A stretch of 40,846 nt of DNA from Candidatus Methylomirabilia bacterium (GTDB lineage: Bacteria > Methylomirabilota > Methylomirabilia > Rokubacteriales > CSP1-6), in the NCBI GenBank assembly GCA_041497895.1, contig JBGQHJ010000025.1, forward strand, positions 1 through 40,846. The letters are read 5' to 3'. The notes under the pieces are model-generated. The model was not told where the DNA came from. It saw only the letters and a list, made by a program, of their open reading frames with translations, and ran no database searches. Numbering within the stretch: the first letter of the stretch is position 1; each line of letters starts with the position of its first letter. A program made the translations under genes and the position numbers. Shown here in pieces: positions 32,833 to 40,846 of the stretch.

Positions 32833-33279
32833 CTACTTTCCCCTGACCGTGAGCACCGGGCAGGGCGACACGGCGAGCACGCGGCTCGCCACGCTACCGA
32901 GGAACAGCTTGGCGAAGCCGGTCCGGCCATGCGTGCCGATCACGACGAGATCCGCCTTCCGGGATCGGGCCGCCTGGGCGATGCGCTCGTGGGCCACCCC
33001 CTCGAGCAGCAGTCCCTTGACCCGCGCGCCTGCCTGCTTGGCTTTGTCCACCAGCTTGCGGAGCTGCTTCTGCGCGGCGGAGCGGGCGGCGGCTTCCAGG
33101 TCCTCGTAGACCTTCGGCGACACGTACCCGTCACCCATCAGGGGCACCGCCGGCACCATGACGTGCACCAGCAAGAGCTCCGCGTGGTTGCCCTTGGCCA
33201 TCTCCACCGCGCGCTTGAACGCAGGCGTCGAGGCCCGTGAGAAGTCGGTGGGATGCAGGACGCGCCGGATCCGGCTCAT
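32833..33279 (-). CDS. Universal stress protein
   Basis: VLHPTDFS...DLVVIGTHGRTG...LGSVA...PCPVLTV. Confidence 0.93.
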   Translation of the reverse strand: MSRIRRVLHPTDFSRASTPAFKRAVEMAKGNHAELLLVHVMVPAVPLMGDGYVSPKVYEDLEAAARSAAQKQLRKLVDKAKQAGARVKGLLLEGVAHERIAQAARSRKADLVVIGTHGRTGFAKLFLGSVASRVLAVSPCPVLTVRGK

Positions 33280-33755
33280 CGGAGAACCTCCTTGGGCTGG
33301 GTGGGTGCGGCAGGAAGCTCCACCGGAGCCTCGGACGGACGGAGCAGCAGGATCGGCACCGTGGTGCCGCGCAGGACCGACTCGGCCACGCTCCCCCAGA
33401 CGAGCCGACCGAAGCCGGTGCGTCCATGGGTGGACATGACGATCAGATCGACCTTGTAGACGCGGGCGGCCTCGATGATCGCGGGCGCCGCCGGCCCGTA
33501 CCACACGTGGGTCTCGACGTTGCGGAAGCCGCGCTTCTCGAGGTTGGCCTTGACGCCGGTCAGGTATTCCTCCGCGTCGTCGACCGCCTCGATCTGCGCG
33601 TTGATCGGATCGACCCCGGGCAGGACGCGAGCCTCGGTGGCCCGCACCAGCATGAGGGACGCGGAGTCGCGATTCGCCGCGTCAAGCGCGTCGGCGATGG
33701 CGGCCTCCGCCAGTTCGGAGCCATCGAGCGGAACCAGGATCTTGTTGGCTTTCAT
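33276..33755 (-). CDS. Universal stress protein
   Basis: ILVPLDGS...DLIVMSTHGRTG...GSVAE...VPILL. GAGGAGG RBS. Confidence 0.93.
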   Translation of the reverse strand: MKANKILVPLDGSELAEAAIADALDAANRDSASLMLVRATEARVLPGVDPINAQIEAVDDAEEYLTGVKANLEKRGFRNVETHVWYGPAAPAIIEAARVYKVDLIVMSTHGRTGFGRLVWGSVAESVLRGTTVPILLLRPSEAPVELPAAPTQPKEVLR

Positions 33756-33781
33756 CGTGTCCTCCTCGCGAACGCCAAGAT

Positions 33782-33797
33782 TGCAACCGAGGTGCCA
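33782..33797 (-). promoter_or_regulatory. Sigma54 -24/-12 promoter (P7) for the USP operon
   Basis: Minus strand reads TGGCACCTCGGTTGCA. Confidence 0.9.
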
Positions 33798-33850
33798 CGA
33801 CGGAAAGCGAGCCAAAACGAGAACTTGAGGACCGAGCCGGCCGGGGCCCG

Positions 33851-33887
33851 TGAGGCGATGCCTCCCCGCTGGGTCACGGCCGCCACG
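33851..33887. promoter_or_regulatory. Tandem palindromic activator boxes (putative UAS) of P7
   Basis: TGAGG-N8-CCCCG (33851-33868) and TGGGT-N8-CCACG (33870-33887). Confidence 0.68.
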
Positions 33888-33914
33888 GTCGAGCGGCCCG
33901 GCCCGAGGGGCGGA

Positions 33915-35324
33915 TCAGGCCCGCAGGTCGTACTTGTTGATCAGGCGGTGGAAGGTCTTGCGATCGATGCCGGCGGCCTTGGCCGCGGAGGACACGTTGC
34001 CGTCGTGGCGGGCCAGGAGGTCGCGGAGATACGACACCTCGAGCACCTGCAGCCACTGCTCCTTGGCCGCCTTGAGCGTGAGATCGGTCCCGGTCCCGAG
34101 CTCCGCGGACGGCCCGGCCCCGGGCACGCTGGGCTCCGGCGCGGCCGAGCGCGCGCCCGCGTGGAGGACGTGCTCGGGCAGGTCCTTCATCGTGATCCTC
34201 GGCCCGTCGGCCAGCGCACAGGCCCGCTCGATCACGTTCTGGAGCTCCCGCACGTTGCCCGGCCACGGGTAGCGGTCGAGCGCCTCGGCCGCCGCCTCGT
34301 CCAGACCGGTCACCCGCTCCTGGCCGTACCGCTTGAGGAAGGTGTGGGCGAGGAGCCGCACGTCCCCCGCCCGCTCGCGCAGCGGGGGCAGGCGGATCGC
34401 GATCACGTTGATGCGGTAGTAGAGCTCCTCGCGGAACTGTCCCTTGGCGATGGCCTCGGCCAGGTTGCGGTTGGTGGCCGAGACCACCCGTACGTCCACG
34501 TCCACCAGGCCGGTCCCGCCCACCCGGCGAATCTGGCGCTCCTGCAGGGCACGCAGCAGCTTGACCTGGAGCGAGGCGGGCAGATCGCCGATCTCGTCGA
34601 GGAACAGGGTCCCGCGGTGGGCCGCCTCCACGAGCCCGGTCTTGGTCCGCACCGCCCCGGTGAAGGCGCCCTTCTCGTGACCGAACAGCTCCGACTCCAG
34701 CAGCTGCTCCGGCAGCGAGGCGCAGTCCACCGGCACGAAGGGCCCGCTCGCGCGAGGGCTGTTGGCGTGGATCGCGCGCGCGATCAACTCCTTGCCGGTC
34801 CCGGACTCGCCCAGCACCAGGATGTTGGCCTCGGACCGGGCCGCCTTCTTCACCAGCTCGAACACCTGGGTCATGGCCGGGCTGCGACCCACCACGTTCT
34901 CGAGCCCGAGGGTCTGCTGCAGCTGCTGGCGGAGGTTGCGGTTCTCGATCTGCAGCCCTCGGTGGCGGAGCGCCCGCTCGACCGCGACGCGAAGCTGATC
35001 CACCGAGAAGCTCTTCGGCAGGTAGTCGAACGCCCCTTCCCGGACCGCGGCCACCGCCGACTCGATCGACGCGAACCCGGTGATCATGATCACCGGCAGG
35101 GCGGGGTCCACCTCGTGGGCGCGCTGCAGCAGCGCCATGCCGTCCATCTCGGGCATCTTGATATCGGTCAGCAGGAGGTCCGGACGCTCCCGCTCGAGGA
35201 TGGCGAGCGCGGCGCGGCCGTTCTCGGCGGTCAGGCACGCGTAGCCCTGCCGGGACAGGATGCGCGAGCAATTCTCGAGCATGTCCGGCTCGTCGTCGAC
35301 GATCAGGATCCGGGCCGCGCTCAT
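33915..35324 (-). CDS. NtrC/AtoC-family sigma54-dependent response regulator (bEBP)
   Basis: Receiver (IVDDE..TDIKMP), AAA+ (GESGTGKE, GAFTGA, FLDEI, WPGNVREL) and Fis-type HTH (NVSSAAKAAGIDRKTF). Confidence 0.95.
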   Translation of the reverse strand: MSAARILIVDDEPDMLENCSRILSRQGYACLTAENGRAALAILERERPDLLLTDIKMPEMDGMALLQRAHEVDPALPVIMITGFASIESAVAAVREGAFDYLPKSFSVDQLRVAVERALRHRGLQIENRNLRQQLQQTLGLENVVGRSPAMTQVFELVKKAARSEANILVLGESGTGKELIARAIHANSPRASGPFVPVDCASLPEQLLESELFGHEKGAFTGAVRTKTGLVEAAHRGTLFLDEIGDLPASLQVKLLRALQERQIRRVGGTGLVDVDVRVVSATNRNLAEAIAKGQFREELYYRINVIAIRLPPLRERAGDVRLLAHTFLKRYGQERVTGLDEAAAEALDRYPWPGNVRELQNVIERACALADGPRITMKDLPEHVLHAGARSAAPEPSVPGAGPSAELGTGTDLTLKAAKEQWLQVLEVSYLRDLLARHDGNVSSAAKAAGIDRKTFHRLINKYDLRA

Positions 35325-35419
35325 CCGAGCTGTTGCCGCGCCTTCCCGATCACCTCGACGGCGGAGGCACCGAGCTCGACATCGCGGTGGCACTCCCGCA
35401 TCGCGACGGGCGCCCTCAC
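35321..35419 (-). other. 32-codon bridging ORF or possible gene remnant
   Basis: GTG...TGA (MRAPVAMRECHRDVELGASAVEVIGKARQQLG) overlaps both neighbours by 4 nt. Confidence 0.3.
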
Positions 35420-36222
35420 CACATGACCACGCCGCCGTCGATGTTGACCGACTGGCCGGTCATGAACGCAGCGGCCGGGGAGCAGAGGAACGCGATCAGC
35501 CCGGCCACCTCCTCGTCGGAGGCGGCGCGGCCCATCGGGATGCGCTCGAGCTGCCGCTGCCAGCCGTCACCCCGCCCCAGAACATCCATTCGAGAAGTTT
35601 CGATGGTTCCCGGGCACACCGCGTTGACGGTGACCCCGTGGCGCGCCACCTCCATCGCGAGCGACTGGGTGAGCCCCTGGATGCCGAAGTTCGCCGCGTT
35701 GTATGCGGCGGTGTTGGGGCTGCCGCGCTTGCCCGCGATCGAGGAGAGGTTGACGATGCGGCCCCACTTCTGCCGGATCATGATCGGCACGACCTTCTTG
35801 CACAGGAGGAAGGCGCCGGTCAGCTTGACGTCGATCACCTTGCGCCAGACCGCCTCGTCGAGATCGGGCAGCGGCACGCGGTCGTTGCCCCGCGGGTAGG
35901 CCGCGTTGTTCACCAGCACGTCGAGGCGGCCGAAGGTCGTCATGACCTGGTCCACCAGGCGTCCCACCGGCTCGGCCTGGCTCACGTCGCCGGTCCAGGT
36001 CATGGCGCGCCGGCCGGTCGCCCGGATCTGCTCCGCGGTGCTCTCGACGTCGCGCCACCCGGCCTTCTGCTCGTCCTCCGGGTAGGTCGAGGGATCGCGC
36101 CCCGTCCCGGTGACCACCACGTCGGCTCCGAGCTCGGCCAGGGCCATCGCGGTGGCGCGCCCGATGCCCCGGAGCCGCCCGGCCCCGGTCACCAGCGCCA
36201 CCCTGCCGTCCAGGACTCCCAT
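35416..36222 (-). CDS. Short-chain dehydrogenase/reductase (FabG-like)
   Basis: TGAGRLRGIG, LVNNAA, IVNLSS, YNAAN and NAVCPG. GAGAGG RBS. Confidence 0.9.
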   Translation of the reverse strand: MGVLDGRVALVTGAGRLRGIGRATAMALAELGADVVVTGTGRDPSTYPEDEQKAGWRDVESTAEQIRATGRRAMTWTGDVSQAEPVGRLVDQVMTTFGRLDVLVNNAAYPRGNDRVPLPDLDEAVWRKVIDVKLTGAFLLCKKVVPIMIRQKWGRIVNLSSIAGKRGSPNTAAYNAANFGIQGLTQSLAMEVARHGVTVNAVCPGTIETSRMDVLGRGDGWQRQLERIPMGRAASDEEVAGLIAFLCSPAAAFMTGQSVNIDGGVVMW

Positions 36223-36268
36223 GTCGTGTCCTCTCTCCGAGCGCCTTCCGTCGACGGCGCTCACGGAA

Positions 36269-36277
36269 ATACTACCA
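36269..36277 (-). promoter_or_regulatory. Extended -10 sigma70-type promoter for the SDR gene
   Basis: TGgTAGTAT, followed by a GAGCGCC/GGCGCTC 5'-UTR hairpin (36239-36262). Confidence 0.5.
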
Positions 36278-36288
36278 TCGGCGGACGC

Positions 36289-37536
36289 TCAAGCCCGCGC
36301 GGGCCCGATCCCCTCGAGATCGACCGCGAGCGAGCCCCGGCCGAGGAGCAGGACGAGCCCGGCGCCCGCCAGCATGCAGCCGGTGATCAGCACCGGGGCG
36401 GTCAGCCCGATCCGGTCGGAGGCAATCCCGATCAGCGAGGGCGACGCGGCGTCGCCCAGGAGATGCATCACCATGGTGGTCACCGCGAAGCCGCGGGCGC
36501 GGAGATCGGCGGGCAGCACGTTGGCCATCGCGGCGTTGAGCGGGCCGATGTTCATGAAGAGCAGGAACAGGGTCACGAACATGGCCGGCCAGAACACCAC
36601 GGGCGACGGGGCCAGGACCGCGGGCAGCGTGAACGCGATCGACAGGACCAGGGTCGCGCCGGAGAGGGTGAAGTGGGCCGCGCGGTAGCGCCTGGCGAAG
36701 GCGTCGCTCAGCCGGCCTCCGACCAGGGTGCCGCCGAAGCCGGCCACCACCAGGATCAGCCCGAAGGTGGTGGCCGCGGTCCCCAGCGGAATCCCCCGCT
36801 CGCGGACGAAGTAGGTCGGCATCCAGGTCGCCAGGCCGCCCATCGCGAACGTGTAGATCACCTGGGCGCCGGTGTTGACCAGGTAGCTCCGTCGGGCCGC
36901 GAGCGCGCGGAGCGAGGCGCCGAGCCCGAGCGGGGTTGCCGCGCCCGCCCCCACCGGATCGAGGGCGCCGCGCGCCGGCTCGGAGAGCAGGAGCAGCAGG
37001 ACCGCCAGCACCGCGCCCGGAGCGCCCGCCACCAGGAAAGCGGCGCGCCAGCCGAAGGCCTCCCCGACCAGCCCGCCGACCACGTAGCCGAGCGCGGTGC
37101 CGACCGGGATGGCGGCGTAGAAGATGCCGAGGACCCGCGAGCGCCGATCGGGCGGGTAACAGTCGGAAAGGACCGACGGCGTGACGACCGCGTAGCTCGC
37201 CTCTCCCACGCCGATGACGGCCCGCGCGAGCAGCAGGAGCGCGTAGGTCGGGGCCAGGCCCGAGGCCACCGTCGCCGCGCTCCACACGAAGACGCCGACC
37301 GCGGCCAGGCGCATGCGGGGCTGGCGGTCGCCGAGCCAGCCCGCGATCGGGCACGCCAGCGAGTAGGTCAGGATGAACGCCGACTGCAGAAGGCCACCGG
37401 CGGTATCGGAGATCGCGAGGCCGGCGAGGATGAGCGGCAGCGTCGCGGCCGCGACGTAGCGGTCGAGGTAGTTGAGACCGTTGAGCCCGGTGAGGACGGT
37501 GAGGACGACGCCGGGACGGCTGCCGCTCGCCGCCAC
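36289..37536 (-). CDS. MFS transporter (spinster-like)
   Basis: LNYLDRY, GWLGDR, RAVIGVGEA and about 12 TM helices. GTG start inferred. Confidence 0.88.
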   Translation of the reverse strand: MAASGSRPGVVLTVLTGLNGLNYLDRYVAAATLPLILAGLAISDTAGGLLQSAFILTYSLACPIAGWLGDRQPRMRLAAVGVFVWSAATVASGLAPTYALLLLARAVIGVGEASYAVVTPSVLSDCYPPDRRSRVLGIFYAAIPVGTALGYVVGGLVGEAFGWRAAFLVAGAPGAVLAVLLLLLSEPARGALDPVGAGAATPLGLGASLRALAARRSYLVNTGAQVIYTFAMGGLATWMPTYFVRERGIPLGTAATTFGLILVVAGFGGTLVGGRLSDAFARRYRAAHFTLSGATLVLSIAFTLPAVLAPSPVVFWPAMFVTLFLLFMNIGPLNAAMANVLPADLRARGFAVTTMVMHLLGDAASPSLIGIASDRIGLTAPVLITGCMLAGAGLVLLLGRGSLAVDLEGIGPARA

Positions 37537-37556
37537 TCGGCCGGCGGAGTCCGGGA

Positions 37557-38978
37557 TCAGCGCGCCCGGCTCGCGCCGTGGTCGGCGAGCACCTGCGCCA
37601 CGCAGGCGGTCACCTTCACACCGGTCGGCAGATCGATGAACTCGTTCGGGCCGTGCGCGTTCGAGCCGGGTCCCATCACCCCGGTGACCAGGAACTGGGC
37701 CCGCGGGAATCGCTCGCCCAGCATGCTCATGAACGGGATCGAGCCGCCGAGCCCGTCGAACATCGCGGGCGCGCCGAACTGCGCGGTCGAGGCGCGGCCG
37801 ACCGAGTCGCGGAGCCAGTCCGCCATCACCGGGGCATTCCACCCGGTGCCCGGCCGCTCGCCGCCGGTGTAGGTCACGCGGGCCCCGTAGGGCGGCTCGG
37901 CCTCGAGCACTTCCTTCAGCCGGCGGCTGGCCCGGTCCGCGTCCGCCGTCGGCGGCAGGCGCAGCGAGAGCTTCACCGAGGTCTTCGGACGCAGCACGTT
38001 GCCCGCGTCGGCGAGCGCCGGCATGCCGTCGACGCCGGTCACCGCGAGCGCCGGCCGCCACGTGTTGTTGAGCAGGGCCTCGACCGCATCGTCCGTCACC
38101 GGGCGCATGCCGGGCACGAGCGGGAAGACCTTCGGAACCTTGCCCCCGATGACGCCCGCGACCGCGCGCACCTCGGCCAGCCGGCCGGGCGGGATATCCA
38201 CGTGGCACTCGGGGATCAGGATCTTGCCGGTGCGGGAGTCCTCGATCCGGTCCAGCACCTGGCGCAGGATGCGGAAGCTCGAGGGCACGATGCCGCTCGC
38301 CGCGCCGGAGTGGACACCCTCGCTCAGCACCTCGACGGTCAGCGTCCCGCTCAGCACGCCGCGCAGCGAGGTCGTCGCCCACAGGTGGTCGTAGTCGCCG
38401 CAGCCCGAGTCGAGGCAGATGACCAGGTCGGGCCGGAGGCGCTCGGCGAGCTTCTCCACATAGGCCGGGAGATCCGGGCTGCCGCTCTCCTCCGAGGCCT
38501 CGATCAGCACCACGCACCGGGCGAGCGGGATCCCCTGGGCCTGCAGCGTCTCGATCGCGGTGAGCGCCGCGAACGAGGCATACCCGTCGTCGCCGGCGCC
38601 GCGGCCGAACAGCCGATCGCCGCGGCGAACCGGGGTCCAGGGCCCGCCGTCCGCGGCCCAGCCCACCATCTCCGGCTGCTTGTCGCAGTGGCCGTACAGC
38701 AGCACGGTCTCGCCGCCCAGGCCGGGCACCTCCATCAGGATGACCGGCGTGCGCCCTTCGAGGCGAACGACGTCGATGGTGAGCCCCTCGATCTTGCGGC
38801 GGCGGGCCCAGTCGGTGATGAACGTCACGGCCCGGTCGATGTGCCCGTGGTCGGCCCACTTGGCGTCGAACATGGGCGACTTCGCCGGGATCCGGATGTA
38901 CTCGGTGAGAGCCGGGACGATGTCGTCGTCCCAGGCCCGCTGTACCAGGGCGCGCGTGCGAGAGGGATCGAGGCTCAT
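37557..38978 (-). CDS. M20-family metallopeptidase/dipeptidase
   Basis: YGHCDKQP, GRGAGDDG, EESGS, CLDSG and NAHGPNE. Confidence 0.92.
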   Translation of the reverse strand: MSLDPSRTRALVQRAWDDDIVPALTEYIRIPAKSPMFDAKWADHGHIDRAVTFITDWARRRKIEGLTIDVVRLEGRTPVILMEVPGLGGETVLLYGHCDKQPEMVGWAADGGPWTPVRRGDRLFGRGAGDDGYASFAALTAIETLQAQGIPLARCVVLIEASEESGSPDLPAYVEKLAERLRPDLVICLDSGCGDYDHLWATTSLRGVLSGTLTVEVLSEGVHSGAASGIVPSSFRILRQVLDRIEDSRTGKILIPECHVDIPPGRLAEVRAVAGVIGGKVPKVFPLVPGMRPVTDDAVEALLNNTWRPALAVTGVDGMPALADAGNVLRPKTSVKLSLRLPPTADADRASRRLKEVLEAEPPYGARVTYTGGERPGTGWNAPVMADWLRDSVGRASTAQFGAPAMFDGLGGSIPFMSMLGERFPRAQFLVTGVMGPGSNAHGPNEFIDLPTGVKVTACVAQVLADHGASRAR

Positions 38979-39048
38979 GGGCCCGATAGTATGCGGAATC
39001 GCGCGGATCTGCCAGCGTGGCCGGCGTCGAGCACGCCTGGATTGCCGA

Positions 39049-39077
39049 TTGCCCGCGCCGGGCGCGCCCGGTAGGAT
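39049..39077 (+). promoter_or_regulatory. Sigma70-type promoter giving a near-leaderless transcript
   Basis: TTGCCC-N17-TAGGAT, with ATG 8 nt downstream and no SD. Confidence 0.55.
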
Positions 39078-39085
39078 CGCCCCGC

Positions 39086-39283
39086 ATGACCGAGCTCACC
39101 CCCGATCAGGTACAGGCCCTCGCCGCCGCGGCAGGCCTGCCACTCCACGACGGCGACCTGGCCGAGGTCACCCATCGCCTCAACGCCTTCGTCGAGGTGC
39201 TGGGCGACCTGGCCGCGCTCGACCTGGCCGCCGCCGAGCCCGCCCCGACGACGCCGCCCGATCCGGCCCCCGGTCCGCGATGA
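39086..39283 (+). CDS. Small GatC/AtzG-like amidase partner protein
   Basis: MTELTPDQVQALAAAAGLPL..DLAEV..RLN....L..LDL...EP. ATGA-coupled to the amidase. Confidence 0.7.
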   Translation: MTELTPDQVQALAAAAGLPLHDGDLAEVTHRLNAFVEVLGDLAALDLAAAEPAPTTPPDPAPGPR

Positions 39284-40698
39284 CCACGGACCTCGTCTAC
39301 CGCACCGCGACCGAGCTGGCCGGGCTGATCCGGGCCCGCGCCGTCTCGCCGGTCGCGGTCGTGCAGGCCTACCTCGCACGCATCGACCGCTGGGACGGCG
39401 CGCTGCGCGCGTACGTTACGGTCTGCCGTGAGCGCGCGCTCGACGAGGCCCGTGCCGCCCTACAGGCGCTCGGCCACGGCGCGCCGGTGGGCCCGCTCCA
39501 CGGCGTGCCGTTCGCGGTGAAGGACCAGTTCGACACCGCGGGGGTGCGCACCACGTCGGGCTCGCGCCTGCACGCCGACCGCGTGCCCGCCGAGGACGCC
39601 ACGGTGGTCGCGCGGCTGCGCGCGGCCGGCGGCATCCTGCTCGGCAAGCTGAACCTCACCGAGTTCGCGCTGGGCGGCACGCTCAACTACCCGTTCGGCC
39701 AGCCCCGCAACCCCTGGGACCAGACCCGCGAGACGGGCGGCTCGTCGTCCGGCTCGGGCATCGCGGCCGCGGCGGCGCTGGCGGCGGCCACCCTCGGCGA
39801 GGACACCGGCGGCTCGGTGCGGAGCCCGGCCTCGTGGTGCGGTGCGGTCGGGCTGCGGCCCACCTGGGGCCTGGTCCCGCGCTCGGGCTGCGTGCCGGTG
39901 GCGTGGTCCATGGACGCGCCCGGCCCGCTCACCCGCTCGGTGGAGGACGCGGCGCTACTCCTCTCGATCATCGCCGGCCCCGACGGCCGGGACCGGTGGC
40001 TCCAGCCCGTGCGGACCGATCCTCGCGCCGATCTCGAGCGCGGCGCGGGCGGCCTCTCGATCGGCGTCGTGACCCGGCTAGTGGACAGTCCGGACACCGC
40101 CGCCGAGGTGCGCGCCGCGGTGCGCGCGGCCGCCGAGACGCTGCGCGCGCTCGGCGCGCGCGTGGAGGACGTCGATCTGCCGCTGCTGCCGATCGCGGGC
40201 GCGGTGTTCATGGCCCTGGCCGACGGGGAGGCCGCGGCCTGGCACCATGCCACGCTGGCCACGCGGGGCGCCGAGTACGACCCCGGCACGCGGCGGCGGC
40301 TCGTCACCGCCGCCCTCTTGCCCACCACGCTCGCCCAGCAGGCGGCGCGGGCCCGCGCGGCGATCCGCGCGCAGGTCTGGGACGCGCTCGTGCGCTTCGA
40401 CGTGCTGCTGGCGCCGACCGGCCCCACCGCGGCGCCGCCGATCGCCGCCGCTCAGGCGCCGATCGCGTCACGCGCGGAGGCGGCGCGCCGCTTCTTCAAC
40501 CGGCGCTCCTACACCACGCCGGCGAGCCTGGCCGGCGTGCCCGCGCTCTCGCTGCCGTGCGGCTTCACCGCGGGCGGGCTGCCGATCGGGCTGCAGCTGA
40601 TCGGGCGGCCCTTCGACGAGGCGACGCTCCTGCGGGCTGCCCGCGCCTACGAGCGCGCCACCGACTGGCGCGCGCGGCGCCCTCCGCTACCGGGCTGA
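39280..40698 (+). CDS. Amidase signature family enzyme (GatA/AtzE-like)
   Basis: GPLHGVPFAVKD, GGSSSGS, GEDTGGSVRSPAS and GLPIGLQL. Confidence 0.92.
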   Translation: MTTDLVYRTATELAGLIRARAVSPVAVVQAYLARIDRWDGALRAYVTVCRERALDEARAALQALGHGAPVGPLHGVPFAVKDQFDTAGVRTTSGSRLHADRVPAEDATVVARLRAAGGILLGKLNLTEFALGGTLNYPFGQPRNPWDQTRETGGSSSGSGIAAAAALAAATLGEDTGGSVRSPASWCGAVGLRPTWGLVPRSGCVPVAWSMDAPGPLTRSVEDAALLLSIIAGPDGRDRWLQPVRTDPRADLERGAGGLSIGVVTRLVDSPDTAAEVRAAVRAAAETLRALGARVEDVDLPLLPIAGAVFMALADGEAAAWHHATLATRGAEYDPGTRRRLVTAALLPTTLAQQAARARAAIRAQVWDALVRFDVLLAPTGPTAAPPIAAAQAPIASRAEAARRFFNRRSYTTPASLAGVPALSLPCGFTAGGLPIGLQLIGRPFDEATLLRAARAYERATDWRARRPPLPG

Positions 40699-40700
40699 CA

Positions 40701-40846
40701 TCAGCTCTGGTGGGAGAAGAGCGGCAGGCCGGGCACGTCGAGCTCGGCCATCTGCACGGTGCCGGAGTCGGCCTCGGTGATGTAGAGCGTCTTCATCTCG
40801 GGGCCGCCGTAGGCCACGTTGGTCGGCCGGAACCCCTCGCAGCAGC
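40701..40846 (-). CDS. SMP-30/gluconolactonase family protein (3' end only)
   Basis: Manual translation gives ..CEGFRPTNVAYGGPEMKTLYITEADSGTV...VPGLPLFSHQS*. Confidence 0.8.
   Translation of the reverse strand, partial: CCEGFRPTNVAYGGPEMKTLYITEADSGTVQMAELDVPGLPLFSHQS

Noticed and set aside
35388..35403. TGGCAC on the plus strand as an eighth sigma54 promoter
   Set aside because: There is no GC at -12 (TGGCACTCCCGCATCG) and no sense gene downstream.

Overview
High-GC (roughly 70%+ by eye) bacterial window, almost fully coding, with no rRNA, tRNA, CRISPR array or transposase recognised. Positions 1 to about 35,330 form a stress/dormancy-type gene island. It contains a nitroreductase, a triple-BON protein, an acs-pdhA-pdhB-pdhC-ACP cluster lacking E3, a YbhGFSR/RbbA-like ABC exporter, a DASS transporter, a PolX-N-terminal HhH protein, an AcuB-like CBS protein, a solo GroEL and YbaK. 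It also has an archaeal-type SAM synthetase, RtcA, a frameshifted LonC-type protease, an IMPase, a Balon/baeRF1-like factor, an HPF-like factor, a P-type ATPase, a GNAT, CBS and USP proteins, an APH-like kinase plus a tandem P-loop kinase, and an NtrC-family sigma54 activator. The main signal read directly from the DNA is a shared promoter architecture at seven operons. Each has a sigma54 -24/-12 box, an IHF-like element at a near-fixed distance, and a tandem pair of palindromic (T/C)GNGG-N8-CCNC(A/G) boxes. This suggests a self-contained sigma54 regulon whose gene content parallels the mycobacterial DosR dormancy regulon (inference). The right end (about 35,400-40,846) holds ordinary genes (SDR, MFS, M20 peptidase, GatC-like plus amidase, SMP-30 fragment) with sigma70-type, partly leaderless promoters. 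All family calls come from motif recognition by eye, not database searches.
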